From: Spongospora subterranea f. sp. subterranea
Lineage: Eukaryota
Direction: 5' to 3'
Assembly: GCA_049724395.1 (NCBI GenBank)
Contig: JAUGWO010000015.1
Span: forward strand, 1-64,000
DNA: 64,000 nt
This document shows positions 36,433-48,697 of the stretch, one piece after another. Numbering within the stretch: the first letter of the stretch is position 1; each line of letters starts with the position of its first letter. A program made the position numbers and the translations under genes. Under the pieces are notes generated by a model. The model did no database searches and was not told where the DNA came from. It saw only the letters and a list, made by a program, of their open reading frames with translations.

Positions 36433-39214
36433 ATGGCGCTATGGTGTCAACCCAACTCTGTGTCGAGCAATGATCCGGCCAATCGTTCATCATGCGTTCC
36501 AGCGATAAATGGGGTCGCGTCCGACCATAACTGGGCCATGGTCAGGATTGATTATTCGCCATCGCCATTGCTGGCGCATCGCCTCGGCCGCCTTCGCCTG
36601 ATATTACAGCGGATCGACCATGGCCACCCAACCGACGATGGCCTCGTATCTAGCGCCTTAGCTCGGCGCGCTCGCTCCTTGATCCAATCCTGTCATGATG
36701 CAATATCGCTGGGGAACAGGCAAGATCGGTCCATCACCGCGATGCTCATCGACATCCAGGATCGGTTTGAAACACATGTCGATGATGGCCCTGTTCATAC
36801 CGAGTCGGACATGGTTTCGACGTCGATACATGATCAAATTCAGGTTGATGAGGAGCTTGATGAGTTGTTGGATCAAGTTCTGGGCAATACATCGAAGCTA
36901 ATCAGCCAATCGGTGTCGGGGGATCACGATTCGATTTTACTATCACCAGCGCTTCAACAATTACACGATTTAATTCATGAGATTTATGAAGAAATATATG
37001 GAAACGCCAATGAAAAAACGGTTGACCATGTTAGAGGTGGTGTGAATCGAACGAGGAGTGTGAGCCAGAGGATCTGGCAATTGCAGCGTATCGGGCCGAA
37101 TCTTGACGTATTGTCTGATTATCGCCGCCGTTCATCTGCACACTTTTCGCGATCCGATAGGTTCCCTGAAGATCGTGCACGATTGGACTCCCGAATATGT
37201 CAGATCGTGAACGTGGTCAACGCGTGTCGAGGGTATTCCTGGAGGCGTTGCCCCGATACTCCAACCATCAAAGATGGTGATGAGGCCCTGGGTCCTGGTT
37301 CATATACCCCTAATCACCTCTATTTCCAGCGCAGGTAAGGGCTATTGCTGCCGGATTCATTGCCCAGAACTCGCCTGAGAATTATGTTGGCGTTCAGCCC
37401 AAGCTGTGCGTTTATTTGCCGGTCAGGACGGGAAGACACTCAGGCGGGTGAGGACGGTCCAAGCCCATTATCGTATGACATCCGATGGCGTTATGTCTGG
37501 GGCGACGACAGATCAGCTGTACCGTCCTGGCGGGCGATATCCAGACGACCCGCCAGACATCAACGTGAGCTGGTGGAGTTTGAGGAATATCGGCAACGGA
37601 GGGCGACACAGTATCGGTTGTTAGAGTCGGCCGATCCATCTTCGTCAAGACAGCTGATGATATCAACACCAACGCTCGTACAATATTCCAAATCAAAGTA
37701 ACAAATGGATTCGTTTTCTCCAAAACCAACCGGTGTTTTTTCAGGTTTTTTTCTAATTCTGATTTGCTCCATTTAGGACCGAACGTCGTCAATCAATAGC
37801 ACCTGTTGATGTTGACCTGGCACCTCAATCCTGTGATCGTTATATCTGTGCTGCTGTTCATGCTCCTCGATTTGCGTCTCCAACAATTGCTCCCCCGCCT
37901 TTGTTTTATGCTGGCAATCGTCGTGCAAAGCGCCGCCCCGATTCGCAGGAACGCCAACAGACCTGTTCCAGGGCTGGGAAACCGGCACTAACAGGTCCCG
38001 ATCCAGAGCAATTTCTTTCGATATCGAATAGAGAGCACGCTGAGGCGAACCCCGTTCCAAACCGGGCGAACCCAGTTCCCGTTCATGGACGTGATGATCG
38101 GATATACAATATTGCGGTTTGTGCCAAGAGAGCCATCGTCGGTGGATCCGCGTTCGCTCGAGACTCGATCGCCGTCAATTCCGGGTTCGATCACCATCTT
38201 CTGCAGAATCGAGTAGTGGATATGCAGTCGAATTATGATCATCGTCGCCAATCTGGGATTGTCAGACCTGCGTCTAAAGATTACGTCAGTGGCAAACCAC
38301 AAATGTCTCATTTTCTAACACCGTATCCACAATCGACACCCTCGATCCGCGGCACCAACTTTGCCAATCGTCATCCCCGCCCATCGTCGTCGATCCCTGA
38401 CATGTCTTGTATCCTTCCTCCACTGCCGTCGACATTATCTACAATGTCGTCATCCATTCGTATGTCGACTCCGTTCCATAAACCCGCGTCGCCATTGATG
38501 AATGCCCTCTCGTCTCCGGTCAATAACGACGTTGACCATCGGCCGTCTAACGTCGTTCATTGCGGTTCTCGTTCTGATGAAATCCCTAGGTCAACTATAT
38601 GTCTTCAGCCCCATCAATATTATCAACTCGATCGAGGGGGAAGGACGTTCGGCAAAAACGCGACCGAAAAGGGCGATCAACGCGAACCGCTACAATCAAT
38701 TCAGTTGGAAAAGGGAACACGTCGTGCCGCTTTGGAATGGAGAAGGATGTCATCAGGCAGTAAAATAATAAGGGAGAGATCTCTAGAATATCACCTAAAT
38801 CTGCAGTCGCAATTGAGGACGACCGGGGGCGTTATCAGGAAACTGAACCGAGACTATGGCGAAGGTGATCGTGACGATCGGTGGGTTTTGGGAACAACAG
38901 GTGACCAGGGATCAAACGGGGCAACGTTTGCTAAATCGACCTACGCTCATGACGATCATGATGATGACCGGGTGTACGATCCACGATATGATGCGGTTGA
39001 GGAGCGGTCCAAGGCGATCGTGTTCGATCATGCCGATCGATGGGCGACGACCACCCCGAACGGATACGATCTGATCATATCCCCGGACGACACGATCACG
39101 CGATGGCGCCATCCTGCCGTTGAATTCCCCAGAGCCACCAGATTCAACAGGCCATATAGTCTTGTGGGATCGGCCGCTAGTTTGATACGATATCGCCGCT
39201 CAACCGGGAATTAG
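36433..39214 (+). CDS. SHIPPO/PG-rich repeat (ODF3/STPG-like) axonemal-type protein, multi-exon
   Basis: HFSRSDRF, LGPGSYTPNH, GPSPLSYDI, ATFAKS, YDPRYDAVE and VEFPRATRF motifs in long + strand ORFs; start uncertain. Confidence 0.6.
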
Positions 39215-39932
39215 TGGATAAACCACAATCGCAGCTCAGCACGGAATCGAAGTGTTTGATTCTACGAGCTCCTCTCTTTGCAGATACGTTCAGATTTTGT
39301 CAAGCCAGACATTACAACATTTGGATTGAGTTCCTGGTCGGAGTGTCATCCTTTCGCTCAACTAGATATAGCCAATTATGACCGAGGGTGAAAGAAAGGG
39401 ATCTCGAAAAGCTGTTCAGATAGACGTTGGTGCATTGCTGATTGAGCCATTATGTGTATCCAGATAATATTTAAAGGCACCAGCGTTTAACTAGTCCAAA
39501 CTTGCGAATTCGTAGATTTCACAGTATAAACGTGTCTGGCATCGTGTTTATGTTTGCAAAGTATGTTTTAATTTTACTTGAGTGAAATGTGTGGACATTG
39601 GTAGTGCAAAACAGGATCTAAATCTGATTGCATTGTTCGATGACCATCATAATGTAATATGGGAACGATCTTCGAATAGCTCGGACAAGGCTGGGTCCGG
39701 TATCCGGCCATGAGCGTTCCGTGAATCAATGATAGATACTCCAAACTGTACAGCTACTCACATTTGTGAGCTGCAGATTACCGAGTTAGGAGCGATATCC
39801 CGAACAATTGCGATAGACTATTCAATTGAAACCAGCCAATTGACAAACACCTTTACCGATAATCAATATCAGGAGTGAAACAATAACGACGAGAAGAGTG
39901 ACAACACGAGAACAGTCAATTGATGGGAGATG

Positions 39933-40184
39933 GGTAGGATCTGTAGTCACGATGTCGCGTTTGTCCAGGCCTCGCGCAAAGTGCTCGTTCGCAAACAGAC
40001 CATTGCCCATCGTTGCTGTGCTGTGTCTAATGGTTTTGGAAACACACCACGACGAATGCGTTGATTGTTGCAATTGCCCTTGGGCTCTCCGTGCACCGAT
40101 GGGCAATGGTCTGTTTGCGAGCGAGCACATTGCGCGGGGTCTGGAAGCGCGACCTAGACAAACCTCGTGACTACAGATCCAACC
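39933..40184. repeat. Inverted duplication; arms 39933-40016 and 40093-40184
   Basis: GCAAACAGACCATTGCCCATCG pairs with CGATGGGCAATGGTCTGTTTGC, and GGATCTGTAGTCACGA with TCGTGACTACAGATCC. Both arms read MGNGLFA.EH.ARG outward. Confidence 0.92.
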
Positions 40185-40758
40185 TCGTCGCCAAAGACGC
40201 TACCTTTACACCCCTGTTTAATAACACTTACGGTCGCCATTGGCGACGGCTGGATTGCGTTGCTGAAGGCGCTCCTCGGCCACACAGACCGAAACCGCCG
40301 CCATGACGTCAAGGCGTCGTTCAAGTAGTTACTCATCGATGTGTCCGACGCCATCACTCGCGGGACCCGGCGCCTACCCTCCCGCCTCTTACCAACCTCC
40401 ATCACCATCCTCTTTTCACTCTGTCCCGCTCGCTTGCTCTCTGCCGCCCGACACCCCTTTTTGAGGACTGGCCTGCGGCGTACACTATAGTGAACCATAC
40501 TGCCACACGAGAACAGTCAATGACTCTGGGCCTGCAGCGTAACTGGACCATGGAGGCGTACACTATAGTGACATACACCGCATATTGTTCCCACAGTCAA
40601 TTGACTGGACCAGCGGTGTAGCGCCGCCCGGTCCGACTCCCTATGGCCGGTTTTCCCTTGTTTTCCCCTGTTTGCGTCGAGGAGTAGGTTTCTGGTGAAA
40701 AAAACGAGTTTGCTGGGTTTTCAGCTGCCACTGCCCGAATGCCGACCAAGTGTCTATA

Positions 40759-41660
40759 TGCACTATTATTTGCATTATTATTTGTTCGTTAAGGTGCACT
40801 ATTATGCACGCACTACAATATCAGTATGAAGAGTGATTGCACCAGCGGCGTCTGGATTAACCTCCAACGCTTGCAACAGCATCTGCTGTCCAAAAAAGGA
40901 CGAACCCTACATTCTGGCTACGATGAACATCAAATTCGGACCTGGAAAACGGCAACTGTCTCGATGACAACGTCGCACGACCAGACGCAGAACCACCGGC
41001 CGTGCAAAAGCACCAAGCGATCGAACGAACGCGATATCAATCGTATTCATACAAACGCCCCCGTGCGTCCTATCATAATCAAATTAGGGAAATTTCTGTA
41101 TGTTTGGATGCCCACTTACATCAGTTGCTTCCGGGTTTGGACCACGTAAACCGACCCCTCCGGATAACAATATATCGGTCATTTCTTCCACAAGTATCTC
41201 AACGGAGGGGTCATTCTGGTGTGCCGCATGGCAACGAGCGAACGACCAACTTGCTTGCGGCTTTCAAATGTTTTTGTTGAATCGCGGTTAACTACACCGG
41301 TGGACACGTGGATTCGAGTTGCTTATTGTGTTGCTTGACCTGCTCTAGGCGCTTGAAAACACGCGTCCGGGCACGGGCGCGTTTGTACGCGTACGACTGA
41401 TATCTTTTTCATTCAATTTGTGCTTTTGCGCCGCAAGTGGTTCTGCGTCCGCCCGCGCTTTATAATCATCCGGAACCGTCGATGCTTTCCAGGTTCGGAT
41501 CTCGACCCTTCTTGGATAGCAGGTGTTGTTGCAGACGCTGGAGGTTGATCCAGACGCCGCCGGTGCAATCACACCTATATGTCTTCATAATGATATTGTG
41601 GTGCGTGCACACTAGTGCACCTTTTTTGTACGAACAAATCATAGTGCAAATAATAGTGCA
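40759..41660. repeat. Inverted duplication; arms ~40759-41066 and ~41371-41660
   Basis: Both arms encode DCT.GVWINLQRLQQHLLSKKGR...IRTWK...DI.R..TNAPV on opposite strands and begin TGCACTATTATTTGCA. Confidence 0.93.
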
Positions 41661-41871
41661 AATTTGTACCAAAATTTAATCGTGCAACATCCGAAAAACA
41701 ATAATATATGCAAATCGGCACTATTATTATATTGTGTGCATATAATCGTGCAATAAAGTGTGTGCGTAATAGTGCATAATGTCGTAATAGTGCAATATTG
41801 CACTATTTTATTGCGAACGTGGTTTCGCTATTGCAACAAGAAACATTACTTTTCCAATAAACGTGTTGCTC

Positions 41872-42446
41872 TTACATGATCGATAAGGCTCTTCCTTCGT
41901 CGTTTGCCAGGTGAAATGTGTTATTTCCTTGTGTGTGATTACACCACTTTTCGTCAATGTGCACTGTGTCAAACATCGGTTTGAATTTCGGCGACATCGG
42001 CATAGAATCCTGGTCTATCATAAGGCGAAGAATTTTGTTGCTTTCCGTAAGTACTGGCTTGACAGAGTTTGAATGGCGACGAATGTTGCCATTTTTTAGA
42101 TTGAGATGTAAAGTTGTAGTGGAAATGCCTGTAGCCGCTGATAGACATCGCAATGTCCTTGTTGACTTCAAAGGAACTGCACATACGGTTGAAGAGATGT
42201 CGGCATACTTGCGTTTACGTCCGCATTGTTTTTGAAAGAATCAACATCCGCTGAAACCGCTCCAGAGATTATTGAAGATGTTGCACGCTTCCAAATACGG
42301 CTTGCTGTCTTCCAATAAACGCCAAATTCTGGTCCAACTTTGGTGAAAGCACCTTTCGTTGGTCTTCCGTTGTCGTCCAGCATCGTCAGGAGCCGTTCAT
42401 AAATTCCTGTGCCTTGGTCGACATCAAGCTCATTCGACTTGACCAT
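41872..42446 (-). pseudogene. Mariner-like (DD39D/Soymar-type) transposase remnant, N-terminal half
   Basis: FGVYWKTASRIWKR; RTLRCLSAATGISTTTL; IRRHSNSVKPVLTESNK..RL; FDTVHIDEKW. Frameshifted and truncated. Confidence 0.85.
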
Positions 42447-43199
42447 TTCGCGTCAATGACTGCTGCTCTTGGTTTTGTAATGATTACCGAATCGAATTTT
42501 AGGAATGTGCACGAAGCACATGACCTCATGAGGACCCTGTCGTCCACCAAAGGGATCGTGTACACAGAGCAATGACGGGTCGAATTCGTAGGGCGTCGTT
42601 CATTTCTGTTGAACGTGGGTTATGAACGAATTATCAGGAAACCTACACATGGCGACGAGACATCTCTGAGACCATTTACCAATTTCTTGACCGTAATTGG
42701 CAGATTTATTCTCCTAAATTGAAAATGAGCTCAATCGGGTAAAAAGAGGCGTATCCGCCAACTATTTCCGAACGGAGGTTGTAATACCGAGTAGTGCACT
42801 GTTTCGACACACTATTACACTATTATCATAATAGTGGAACATCTACACATTACTATATGAAGGCCGTTTTCAAATTGTGATTTTTGTTTTTCATCTGCGT
42901 AGCGCCAGGCGCCCCGACCAAAACCGGCTGTTCAGGTCCAACAATAGTCTACTCCCGCTCTTTATTGAGTTGGTCTTGTTGTTGGCATCCAAGATGAGCT
43001 TGCGATGTTCCTGCAAAGGGTCTGAGGAGCTCCTTAATCATTTTCACAGTCCAGCGAAAGTAGTTCCCACCAAACGCTCAAATCGGAACGCGCTTTCGCT
43101 GGGGTGCGGGGACGATCGAGGAACTCCTCAAATTCTTGGCAACCTTGGACGCCAAGAAGAAGGCCAATGTAATCAAAGGCTGAATGAGAATGATTATGG

Positions 43200-43340
43200 A
43201 CTTGAAAAGTCGGTTGGGTCCGACACCTGACGCTATCAAATATTGCAAGCAAACTTCGGCAAGAAGAGTTGAAGACGGGGAACCTTGCTCGTGTTCGTAG
43301 ACCTGCGGTTTGAGTTGCTTACCTAGGTTAATCACTTCGG
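43200..43340 (-). mobile_element. Possible Penelope-like or other non-LTR reverse-transcriptase fragment
   Basis: QVYEHEQGSPSSTLLAEVCLQYL resembles the RT motif YxQxxGxxMGSPxSxxLAEIFLQYL; nothing else is recognisable. Confidence 0.35.
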
Positions 43341-43751
43341 TGGATGCCGGAAAAACGGCACATCTGATGTTCATCAACAGACGACATGACGCTCAACCAA
43401 GATCATAATCGCATCATTCGCTGATCAACCTACCAAACACACATTCTTCATGTACCAGCAATATTCTCAGGTCGAGCTTGTTTATTTGAACCAAGATTGT
43501 GCTGGAACAAGAGCAGAGCAATCACCCAAAAAAAAACGCCGAGGAACAACAACATTTTGGAATAGCAATCACTGCCGACACGACTGGATTAGAAGAAATC
43601 CACCAACGATGACATCAAATTGTTTATCGAAACGATGCTCTGGGAAGCAGGAACACATACAGTAGATACACAGAACATCCTCGGTTTTTTGAAGTTGAAG
43701 TTGACAAGTCCGATGAGCCGCGAACCCTGAAGATTAGCCCGTTTCCGAGTT

Positions 43752-44546
43752 CTATCCAAAAAAAGCGTCCTCCAGATATAACAACCGCTTAACCGCCCGC
43801 AGATCGTGGAATTCCCCGAACTGGGAGAGAATATCAGAATCGGGAGCGCCCGCTCGTAGATGATTAGCGGCCTGATTCAGCAATGGCCCTCCGAATGTGC
43901 CGACACACATCTTCCTGGTCTCTTCCATCTCCTTCAACAGATCGGCCTTGCTTCCCGTTATCGCCTCGTTCAATGACGAATTTGGAGTCGCCCTCGGCCT
44001 CTCCTCCGAACCGCTCGGCAGAACGAACTCGATATCCAGCTGCCGATCGCAGTTGCTGAAACTCTTTCGCAGCGCCCGACGTGCCGACTGGAACTTGGCC
44101 GCTCTCTGCTCGTACGATTTCCTGGGGATGCGCCCTTCGCTGGCACATTGCGGGGCGGTGCTGTTCACAGACCGAACCGGGCTCTGATCAATGGGCATGG
44201 CGCTAATCTCACCGGATATCGTTGGGGAACCGCCGACCACAGGTAATCGCGATCGCATCTTCCTCAGATTCCGATGATGTTCAATCAATCGCTCCCTGTT
44301 GCGCTCGTCCTCCATCGCCCGTTTCGCTTCGCGTTCCTTGGTTTTCACCCGACCCGGGGTCCTTTCTGGAGTCGTTATCGCCATAGCTGTTGATCTCGGA
44401 GGTCGACCTGGTGTCGATGGGATCTGTGGCCTTGGGAATGAGGGTTTTGAACGCGGACTGGAGAGCGATTGCCAAAGCGATTCGAGCTCGGTCATGGTCT
44501 GATTCGCCTTGCCAATCCAGCGGGGATTCAGGTCGGTGGACCCCAT
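43752..44546 (-). CDS. Hypothetical protein, 264 aa; C-terminus weakly like NEK kinase tail helices
   Basis: Uninterrupted ORF; ends EETRKMCVGTFGGPLLNQAANHLR...VKRLLYLED. Confidence 0.55.
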   Translation of the reverse strand: MGSTDLNPRWIGKANQTMTELESLWQSLSSPRSKPSFPRPQIPSTPGRPPRSTAMAITTPERTPGRVKTKEREAKRAMEDERNRERLIEHHRNLRKMRSRLPVVGGSPTISGEISAMPIDQSPVRSVNSTAPQCASEGRIPRKSYEQRAAKFQSARRALRKSFSNCDRQLDIEFVLPSGSEERPRATPNSSLNEAITGSKADLLKEMEETRKMCVGTFGGPLLNQAANHLRAGAPDSDILSQFGEFHDLRAVKRLLYLEDAFFG

Positions 44547-45162
44547 GAGCTGATCCTCTTGTTTATGTGGATGAGCTGTCCTCGGCCCCGTTTATCGTCA
44601 CACGAGAGAGAGACGATGAATGGGGGATGGGGGGAGTCAGTCACCAACACGAACGGAATATCAATAACACAATAGCTCGACCGGGGGCGATAAAAGGGGG
44701 ATCGGAATCGGGGTCGCCCTCCGAGGCGGTCCATATCACTATGGATTCGACCGGTTTTACCGATAATGAAAATCTCGTGTGTGAAATGGCGATGAATTGG
44801 CCCGAGTTGGTCGTGTAGCAATAAATCACCCCCGGTCGGGGTGAATTTGTCGACAACTATTTTGATTCTGAATTTTCTCACTGGCCCAAAACGTGGACTT
44901 TTTCGTAGTCGAATCCGGTCTAGGGCGAAGTCTCTTTCGTGCTAAGGTATTTGTTGAATACCTAATGATCCCAAGACAATACCGTGTAATCTGTTGGGGA
45001 AATTACCCATATTACCTGATAAAAACTTATTGAAAATCTGTCGAAAAATTCGTTTCTTTAGATGACATGATATTCTGTGGACAACAGATCAACGTAGCGA
45101 TTTACATTGCTGATTGCGGGCGTTTATCACCAAATTGGCAACAACATTGCCCCCGATATTCC

Positions 45163-45798
45163 TTAGCTAGTGTCAGTCAATGGATGAACTGGCTCTCCGC
45201 CGCCCCCTTCCCTTCTCCCTTCCTCGCCGCCTTCGCCGGGCCTCTCCCCGACCTGTTCCTTCCCTTCGCCGGGCGCCCCCTCGGCGCCCGCTTCCTGGCC
45301 GCCGGTCTCCTCCGCCCCTGGCGTCGTGTACTTCTCGATCGTCGGCAGCAGCAGTTCTGTAATATCGGGGGAATCGACGTTTTCCCCAGGAAGAACATCC
45401 TTCTCCACCACTTCCTGACCTGGTTCCGGTTCCGGTTCCTCAAAGTTCGGATCCCCTCGATCCAATGCCGCCGGGGCGCCAACTTCCTGTTCCAAAATAT
45501 CATATTGCCCTTCCCATGTCCATTTTCCACCTCGCCCGTTCTTTTTGGGTAAACCACGAACTCCTGTTCCGGAATGGCGCTCCAGACGTAGTTCCCCGTC
45601 GGCGATCTTCTTCTTCACCTCAATACTTTCGACAATTCGTCCTTCGAGGTCGAACACATCACGGGACTCCCGATAGGGCAAAACCGTGAAATGATCGACG
45701 GGGACCTGAACATGAACCAGATCGACTTCCCGATCATTCACCTTCGACGCGTGCGAATGTTTCTCTTCCATATGGTGTTTCGCCGCGATATTCGCCAT
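45163..45798 (-). CDS. Protein with a HABP4/SERBP1-STF2/PDCD4-type motif (putative RNA or ribosome binding), 211 aa
   Basis: ERHSGTGVRGLPKKNGRGGKWTW and LDRGDPNFEE motifs; acidic Gly/Glu tail. Confidence 0.7.
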   Translation of the reverse strand: MANIAAKHHMEEKHSHASKVNDREVDLVHVQVPVDHFTVLPYRESRDVFDLEGRIVESIEVKKKIADGELRLERHSGTGVRGLPKKNGRGGKWTWEGQYDILEQEVGAPAALDRGDPNFEEPEPEPGQEVVEKDVLPGENVDSPDITELLLPTIEKYTTPGAEETGGQEAGAEGAPGEGKEQVGERPGEGGEEGRREGGGGEPVHPLTDTS

Positions 45799-46160
45799 AA
45801 ACCTAAATCGAACACCGTTTCACGCTCCCACTCGTTGATTCAACGAAATTTCCAAACCAATCTCCGAACCAATCATTGCCGGTTTCTGCGCGTTCATTTC
45901 CCACCACTGGAAGACGCACGAATTTGCATCGGCGTCAACAACAAAAACAAATCTGGAAACTTCAACAATTTATCACTGAAAAAAGGCGAACGGATAACAA
46001 CACGATGATTTTGTTTTTATTAAGATTCGCCTTTGTGCAAACACTCAAGGTCCACCGAAAATAGGGTTAGGGTGAATCATTGGTCATGCCGATCCTACGA
46101 ATAGCTAACCGGCGACGATGACGATAAATAGGTTTTGCTCAGCGTTTTGGGGCTCCGACT

Positions 46161-47468
46161 TCATGAAACCCTCTTGATCTCTGTTAAATTTTGGACTGTT
46201 TTCAGTGCATCGACGATCGGTGGTTCAATTTGATCGATCAACTGCATTGGGATCATATTGTGTGCTACGTCCTGAAACGGCCTGAATAACGCCATCAGCT
46301 GTTCATGTGTGAAATACTTCTCGACAAAACGATCGGTCAGGGCCCTGAAGCAATACTTGTAGAAATGGAGGAAGTGATTACCGGTTTCGTGGGTCAGGAT
46401 CATGGATGAGACCGGTCGAAACTCGGTGAACGCCTTCGAGCAGGCGATGAACGATTGCGGATCGGGTAAAGTCGCCGTCCTACACTTGACCCAGCACCCG
46501 TTCAGCGCGTCCATTTTCTGGACCAGATCGGCGTTGCTTTTGTCGCGCAGGTCTTTAAACAGGCGACAAACGCTGGTTATGACTCGGTAGTTGGCGACGT
46601 CGGTTCGGTAATTGATCAGGCTATAATATATGGCCGTTCTGCCTAGATGAAGCAGTTGATCGGAACAAAACTTGCACCCCTTCTTGATTGGCTCAGCCAT
46701 TCTGTTCGACACAGTCAGGATACTGTTCAGCGCGTCTTCAGCGACCGCTTTCGCGTCCGCTTCGAATGCTTTCCAGATTTTCTTCTCCTTGGCGTCGCTC
46801 GCGAAGCTTCTGTTGACCAGTATCCTGAGACAACGTAGCTCTGCGAAATCGCGACCAGCTTTAGGATCCTTAGTGTGTTTGTCGAAAGGAAAGGAGTCCT
46901 CAACCGCGGCAATTTTCGTCCTGAACCCCTGAGAACGGAACAGCCAACTAAACAGTTTTGCTATAAACATGACCTCTTCATATAGGATTTCGAAGCCAGG
47001 TCTTTCGACAATGAGGATGAGTTGGAGTTGATGAAGAACATCCAGAAGTTTCCTGTTCATGTCACTCTCTATTCTTTTGCACTCGTCCATTGTCTTTTGA
47101 ACAACTATAGGTAATGGACGGAAAGGATATCGGTTAAGAGCGGTGTGGAATTCTTCGTGCACCAAAGAGAAAATGTGAAAGGCGATGCACAATGGGGCAA
47201 CAGACGCGTGAATTCCTCCTAGAGATGACGCGAATCGGTGGGAATTGTACACTTGTTGTAGGGACAGATATTCAGTTAGTAACTGATTGGAAAGACTCTC
47301 CAATGAATCATTTGGGGCCACATGAGGGGGTTTATTGGCATAGATGACCAATCCGAGATAAATCGCCAGTGCCGACGTGACCAACCCGGCAGCGAGAAAT
47401 ATGAGATAAGCAGATGGATGGAGCGGAGAGCACCAAACCGGCCGAGACTCAGCGCGCCATAGCGCCAT
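46161..47468 (-). CDS. Intronless hypothetical protein with an N-terminal membrane anchor
   Basis: Long open frame; first ATG at 47468; hydrophobic AYLIFLAAGLVTSALAIYLGLVIY followed by helical-looking sequence. Confidence 0.7.
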   Translation of the reverse strand: MALWRAESRPVWCSPLHPSAYLIFLAAGLVTSALAIYLGLVIYANKPPHVAPNDSLESLSNQLLTEYLSLQQVYNSHRFASSLGGIHASVAPLCIAFHIFSLVHEEFHTALNRYPFRPLPIVVQKTMDECKRIESDMNRKLLDVLHQLQLILIVERPGFEILYEEVMFIAKLFSWLFRSQGFRTKIAAVEDSFPFDKHTKDPKAGRDFAELRCLRILVNRSFASDAKEKKIWKAFEADAKAVAEDALNSILTVSNRMAEPIKKGCKFCSDQLLHLGRTAIYYSLINYRTDVANYRVITSVCRLFKDLRDKSNADLVQKMDALNGCWVKCRTATLPDPQSFIACSKAFTEFRPVSSMILTHETGNHFLHFYKYCFRALTDRFVEKYFTHEQLMALFRPFQDVAHNMIPMQLIDQIEPPIVDALKTVQNLTEIKRVS

Positions 47469-48697
47469 GGGGTTCGTGTGCAGCGAATAACCAAAACCAC
47501 TTTCACGACCTGATGTCGCAAACGGGATCAGACGAGGGATCGGTGGCCTGCGCCCCTGAGTGGTTGAGGCGAGAATGTGGCAGTCACGTTGCCGGCCCTG
47601 AGTGGTTGAGGCGAGAAAATAGGCAGTCAATGGCGTTACCTGCTGACCATGGGGCGCACTTTTACGGACAGCGATGTTGACCGTGCAGCGTCACTACGGA
47701 CCATTTATTTTTTGGAAAGAGCACAATGAGTTGTACAGTACGGCCCGGGATAAAACGCAGGGTGGGGCTTCCAGGGACAATTTAACATTTGAATCAGAAA
47801 TTATTAAATCAAACCATGCTCGTAATCACTCAGAAACACTGGATTTGGCTTACTGTACAGTATATTGTAATGTTTGATTGGATAGCACTCAAAGATTGGG
47901 ATAGGGTGAGTAGTGTCTGTCAAGTTCTGTTTGGCTATACATATTCAGAGGGTATAATAACGAGCTACTGGCATCCTCTTTCTGCCAGCGGTGACGTCTC
48001 TGCTGTTCTAGATACTGTAGATGAAATCTAGCGACGTGCTGGTGATCGACAAGCATCATGGCGCCTTTTCGCAACTGTTTGTGTATATCTGCAATCAATT
48101 GATCGTTAACTCGAGATTGTAAGGTGAACATAACCGATAGCTTACTGAGTTCTTCTCCACCTGATTGGCCAGACTTTGTATCTGTCTTTAGCCCATGTGT
48201 GAACGATCGTCGAAGGTGCTAACCACTTAACATGAACCCATTTCCACGAGATTGTTTCCGTAATGTGCCGACCTTTTCCAAACACATTGAATCGCCTGGA
48301 CTGTAGCTTTTTCGTCGATGACCAGCTGGCTTTTTGGTCAAAGGTCGGGAATCCCGTTTCGGAAAGCTAACTCTAATCTCGGTTATTTCTTCGCTAGCGT
48401 CAACCAAAGGTGGGTTATCCGCTGGTCCATGTGGAGCGTACATCGACTTCGTCAACGTCGTCGCATTTCGGTCGCCGACAGTCCAGGATTCAACTATCAT
48501 ATAGTGGAACAAACTTCCGATGAGCGACCAAGGTGTGGGCAAACGAACAATCACAGTTTGTACTGGTGTAGGGAACTTGAGCGTCGCCAGCATTGGTCAT
48601 TGTTAATCGGTCTGCTGATCGGCATTATCATGTGACGAACAACCAGATTTTACTTGCACAACCAGCGATCGAGGACGATTCGCATGCACGGTGACAC

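Noticed and set aside
46063..46073. AGGGTTAGGGT as telomeric repeat
   Set aside because: Fewer than two full units; expected by chance.
47736..47855. 120-bp MITE bounded by TA-CAGTA...TACTG-TA
   Set aside because: Only ~5 bp of perfect inverted match and no second copy in the window.
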